Of a DNA stretch of 57,507 nt, positions 57,001 to 57,507 are shown piece after piece; the stretch's first letter is position 1; every line of letters begins with the position of its first letter. The notes under the pieces were generated by a model. That model searched no databases. It saw only the letters and a program-made list of their open reading frames with translations, and was not told the origin of the DNA. The stretch lies in the IMG/VR virus record IMGVR_UViG_3300045944_000157, positions 1 to 57,507 of that record; one strand, written 5' to 3'. The position numbers were made by a program, and so were the translations under genes. The stretch is from a virus. Lineage: Duplodnaviria > Caudoviricetes.

Positions 57001-57507
57001 CGTTGTCTCTGAACCAGCAGCCGCAACACGCGGCGACATTCCGGTGACAGCGGACTTGTTGATGACGGCGTACTCGGTGCGGCCCTTCGGGCCAGTGCCC
57101 GCCACCACACCGTAACCTTGGTTAGCCAGTTCATTCATCCGCTCCTGTGTCAGCCCGATGATGGTGCCCTTCTGGCGGAAGATTTTGGTGCCGGGGGCGA
57201 TGTCCACATTATAGACGGTGGGTGTGCCGCCCATCCTGCGGGAGAAGTTCTCGGCCTGTGACAGGTCTTCCTCGGCATGGCCGAAGAACCCGGCATAGAG
57301 ACGGCCCTTCTTTCCGGGTCTGTCATGGATGAGGTTGATGCGGTCCTGCGTCAGTTGCGCATCGCCGGTTCCATGGATCAGCCGCATGCCCTCCTTGCCA
57401 ACCAAGTCCGGCACGGCGTGCGGCGATAACGGGGCGGAAGGGACTGGTGCAGGGGGCGCTGGAGGTGGCGGCTTCGGTCCTTCGGTTTCCGTATCCTTCA
57501 GACCGGC
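51001..57507 (-). CDS. Giant polyvalent (probable ejection) protein with LPD38-like C-terminus; 5'-truncated by window edge
   Basis: Frame is open to the edge; HELIH..EEA.AE, EEMQSD.HQ, KNLTVNFN..G, Y.FFNA..QG, N.DF.G.PI motifs. Confidence 0.85.
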   Translation of the reverse strand, partial: AGLKDTETEGPKPPPPAPPAPVPSAPLSPHAVPDLVGKEGMRLIHGTGDAQLTQDRINLIHDRPGKKGRLYAGFFGHAEEDLSQAENFSRRMGGTPTVYNVDIAPGTKIFRQKGTIIGLTQERMNELANQGYGVVAGTGPKGRTEYAVINKSAVTGMSPRVAAAGSETTQEGSAPQASRVTATPKIGEEVSPISETDYKKSVVALRDKGTLSIDRIRKTLGVSKPMAEAYFNEILKRGDAHAAGNKDQYIKIIEPHGTGETVDKTGKGRKRRTREYVVRAVQSADAKPFSVEMDGKKVGRKVNFATREEALDWIDKNIPANRQKEATVSEDPKGIQYGIHELQHEHIPGKDQRTVSDTLLKTFVTENEATEALKGFDAAYSPESNQHKEQQTAEEKQAAIEEDFTKQVGPVADSLKAYGEKVLGKGRVDVGILPRLTNPEAPDGIVEGTSQDIKRTDPDGMKRVIGNLIRIANDLYNPNLTTEQRAQLMEQVFNHELIHALRSLDLLTPQEWDTLFQHAVNAKVPGKKYTWLQRAAIRAEGSSSNILAEEAIAEMARHYMNDPTAFRNPERSLLRKIADFIKKMMRLSQRHDAADLMDTIFSGGIADREIGHGGLGPRGPDDITYSLLKTDNFYLDTMRFLEKVTRETAPKNDWIKMLSSAGIKPDELNWLGIKQWLQDLPKGEEVHRNDIMNFVKASGPNVRAVVFANPAHPDLGQAAISSPQWVERSQTSKADKTYAEVALTFPGKEGEPDYFDKNGHMTVPAGKGRRKLENVLAFVRFRDVERDGKRIMFLEEMQSDLHQRGSKVGYYSKSAVAKYEQLGNEARALYDKQRQLEGRKVVIADQIWMLQQMEKRIRAETGGAVNERLLTNRRQVQERLQEMVDLGPQIDAVRKEHSDVVQEMAAARERLAIPNAPFKSNWEDYVIRRMIRHAVEHGYDGISWHGSPESVAVTEGYGELETTQDEKGRNQYTAYGDVSVSPIVNRYLLKLPRITRGIADPFGAVLEHSVVQSRDRPPTWEPEPWELGIDEGPSLSAAEALPEREDMFDFINALHKNHQDNIHDDVYQHDSEKQDAETLIDKLKTAMHVTRNRRNYDPDDILKSAGLERDEINHVLSWHAHGDYYRGLDAAMGMDEQKGGVPLDTYDLMFTQPMMDSFEKGDQPFFSMVRQAQAQANPQYSAAAPTGTRVPPVPPIDRLSEVHNRITYDNLSPVLHKLIDWTIPGGRQKALLKEKADDTIISLQDRMLSIGRLIDRMKKNGGFITNENDVYLREQLYSSQTDAHLTANDKDFYKPMMDTIQGLSVTRRDYDEARTISPRVAGFLDGYKVNHKHALAELYLYAQHALERNALMKKRNERIAGERPMQYEAGSGMGDGEAQAVLDWFATKPFAREFMEPTNPNSVRSRMRAIVRSTNDIRVASGLTPDFRTLLHPDGTPVDTYQDYVPIRGFLGEASLRDEDMSDFAKTGKGFNIRGKEDYSALGRESMGRDLIAHAIMQNQETIVRAGKNKVAQSFRKLILDNPAQMAGVAEILQMPRTKYRYDVKTGTVVQSVDNQVMTDPTVLKGKVDGQQFYIKMKDDKIVRAMGSKSGLGSNTGMHSLIKGLAAVNRFLAATRTSYNPEFMIANMLRDLEAAMVNLSEQKRKGVRRKVIASVLPALNGVRQSLRSGNPTGEWAKVHEEFRRHGGHTAVFGIRELADTIDHINQHLAEDVSGAKHKVLKPLKALGKFISDYNLAIENGTRLAAYKVLRDQYLELSGDPHDAQNQLRAKEMAAFAAKNLTVNFNMGGEMKPMMTAFYMFFNASMQGSMALLNPFIRSRRMKYVWASVLAAGAVQDMLMSALSPEDDDGEKTYDKIPPHVLEHNMVFMDPFGISERGYFKIPMPYLMNGIYNWGRASSRAARGKYTMGELMSTGGMTMIDSLNPMGGSNSFLNWVVPSIIDPVVDLYMNEDFTGKPIAPPVSPYDNVGENRSQQYWNNTHPLFVSIADWMSQLTGRQGDYIPGKMEYSPNQVEYAVDWITGGTGTFLARAGRLMYGGATGELPEMEIEATDIPFLRKAYGTITTRNDLQDYIEGRDQVLRVHKAMKDARRDNDDAMYLSIIQKYPKEYKIAARINAFENARKKISTKIKKIRESKKGTEESREARIKMLKDRQDNLVGRANEVMAAID

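Overview
The window is most of the genome of a tailed dsDNA phage with podovirus-like organisation, probably infecting an alphaproteobacterium (inferred from GcrA-like, S24-repressor-type HTH, BrnA and RcGTA spike-base homologues). Both edges cut minus-strand virion genes, consistent with a circularly permuted genome. 1-22.9 kb (minus): three paralogous receptor-binding-like proteins, tail fibre, adaptors, spike base, major capsid, scaffold, GroES, portal, TerL, lysis module with GH19 endolysin, LexA-like HTH, orphan BrnA, TerS. 23.1-38.5 kb (plus): a structured leader, small ORFs each preceded by a conserved covarying stem-loop plus RBS unit, an HNH endonuclease, a non-coding region with a large IHF-centred inverted repeat, then AAA ATPase / DUF3150-like / vWA-metallopeptidase genes and a ParB-MT-A70-like fusion. 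38.4-45.2 kb (minus): T7-like primase-helicase, RusA and two long structured intergenic regions. 45.2-51 kb (plus): Cas4-like exonuclease, annealing protein, SSB, HNH, tyrosine recombinase. 51-57.5 kb (minus): giant polyvalent protein. The strongest novelty is the repeated intergenic RNA element (5 copies at 24.0-25.4 kb, a diverged 6th at 36.5 kb) that divides the early region into gene cassettes, plus several candidate large ncRNAs. All family calls come from motif recognition by eye; no searches were run.
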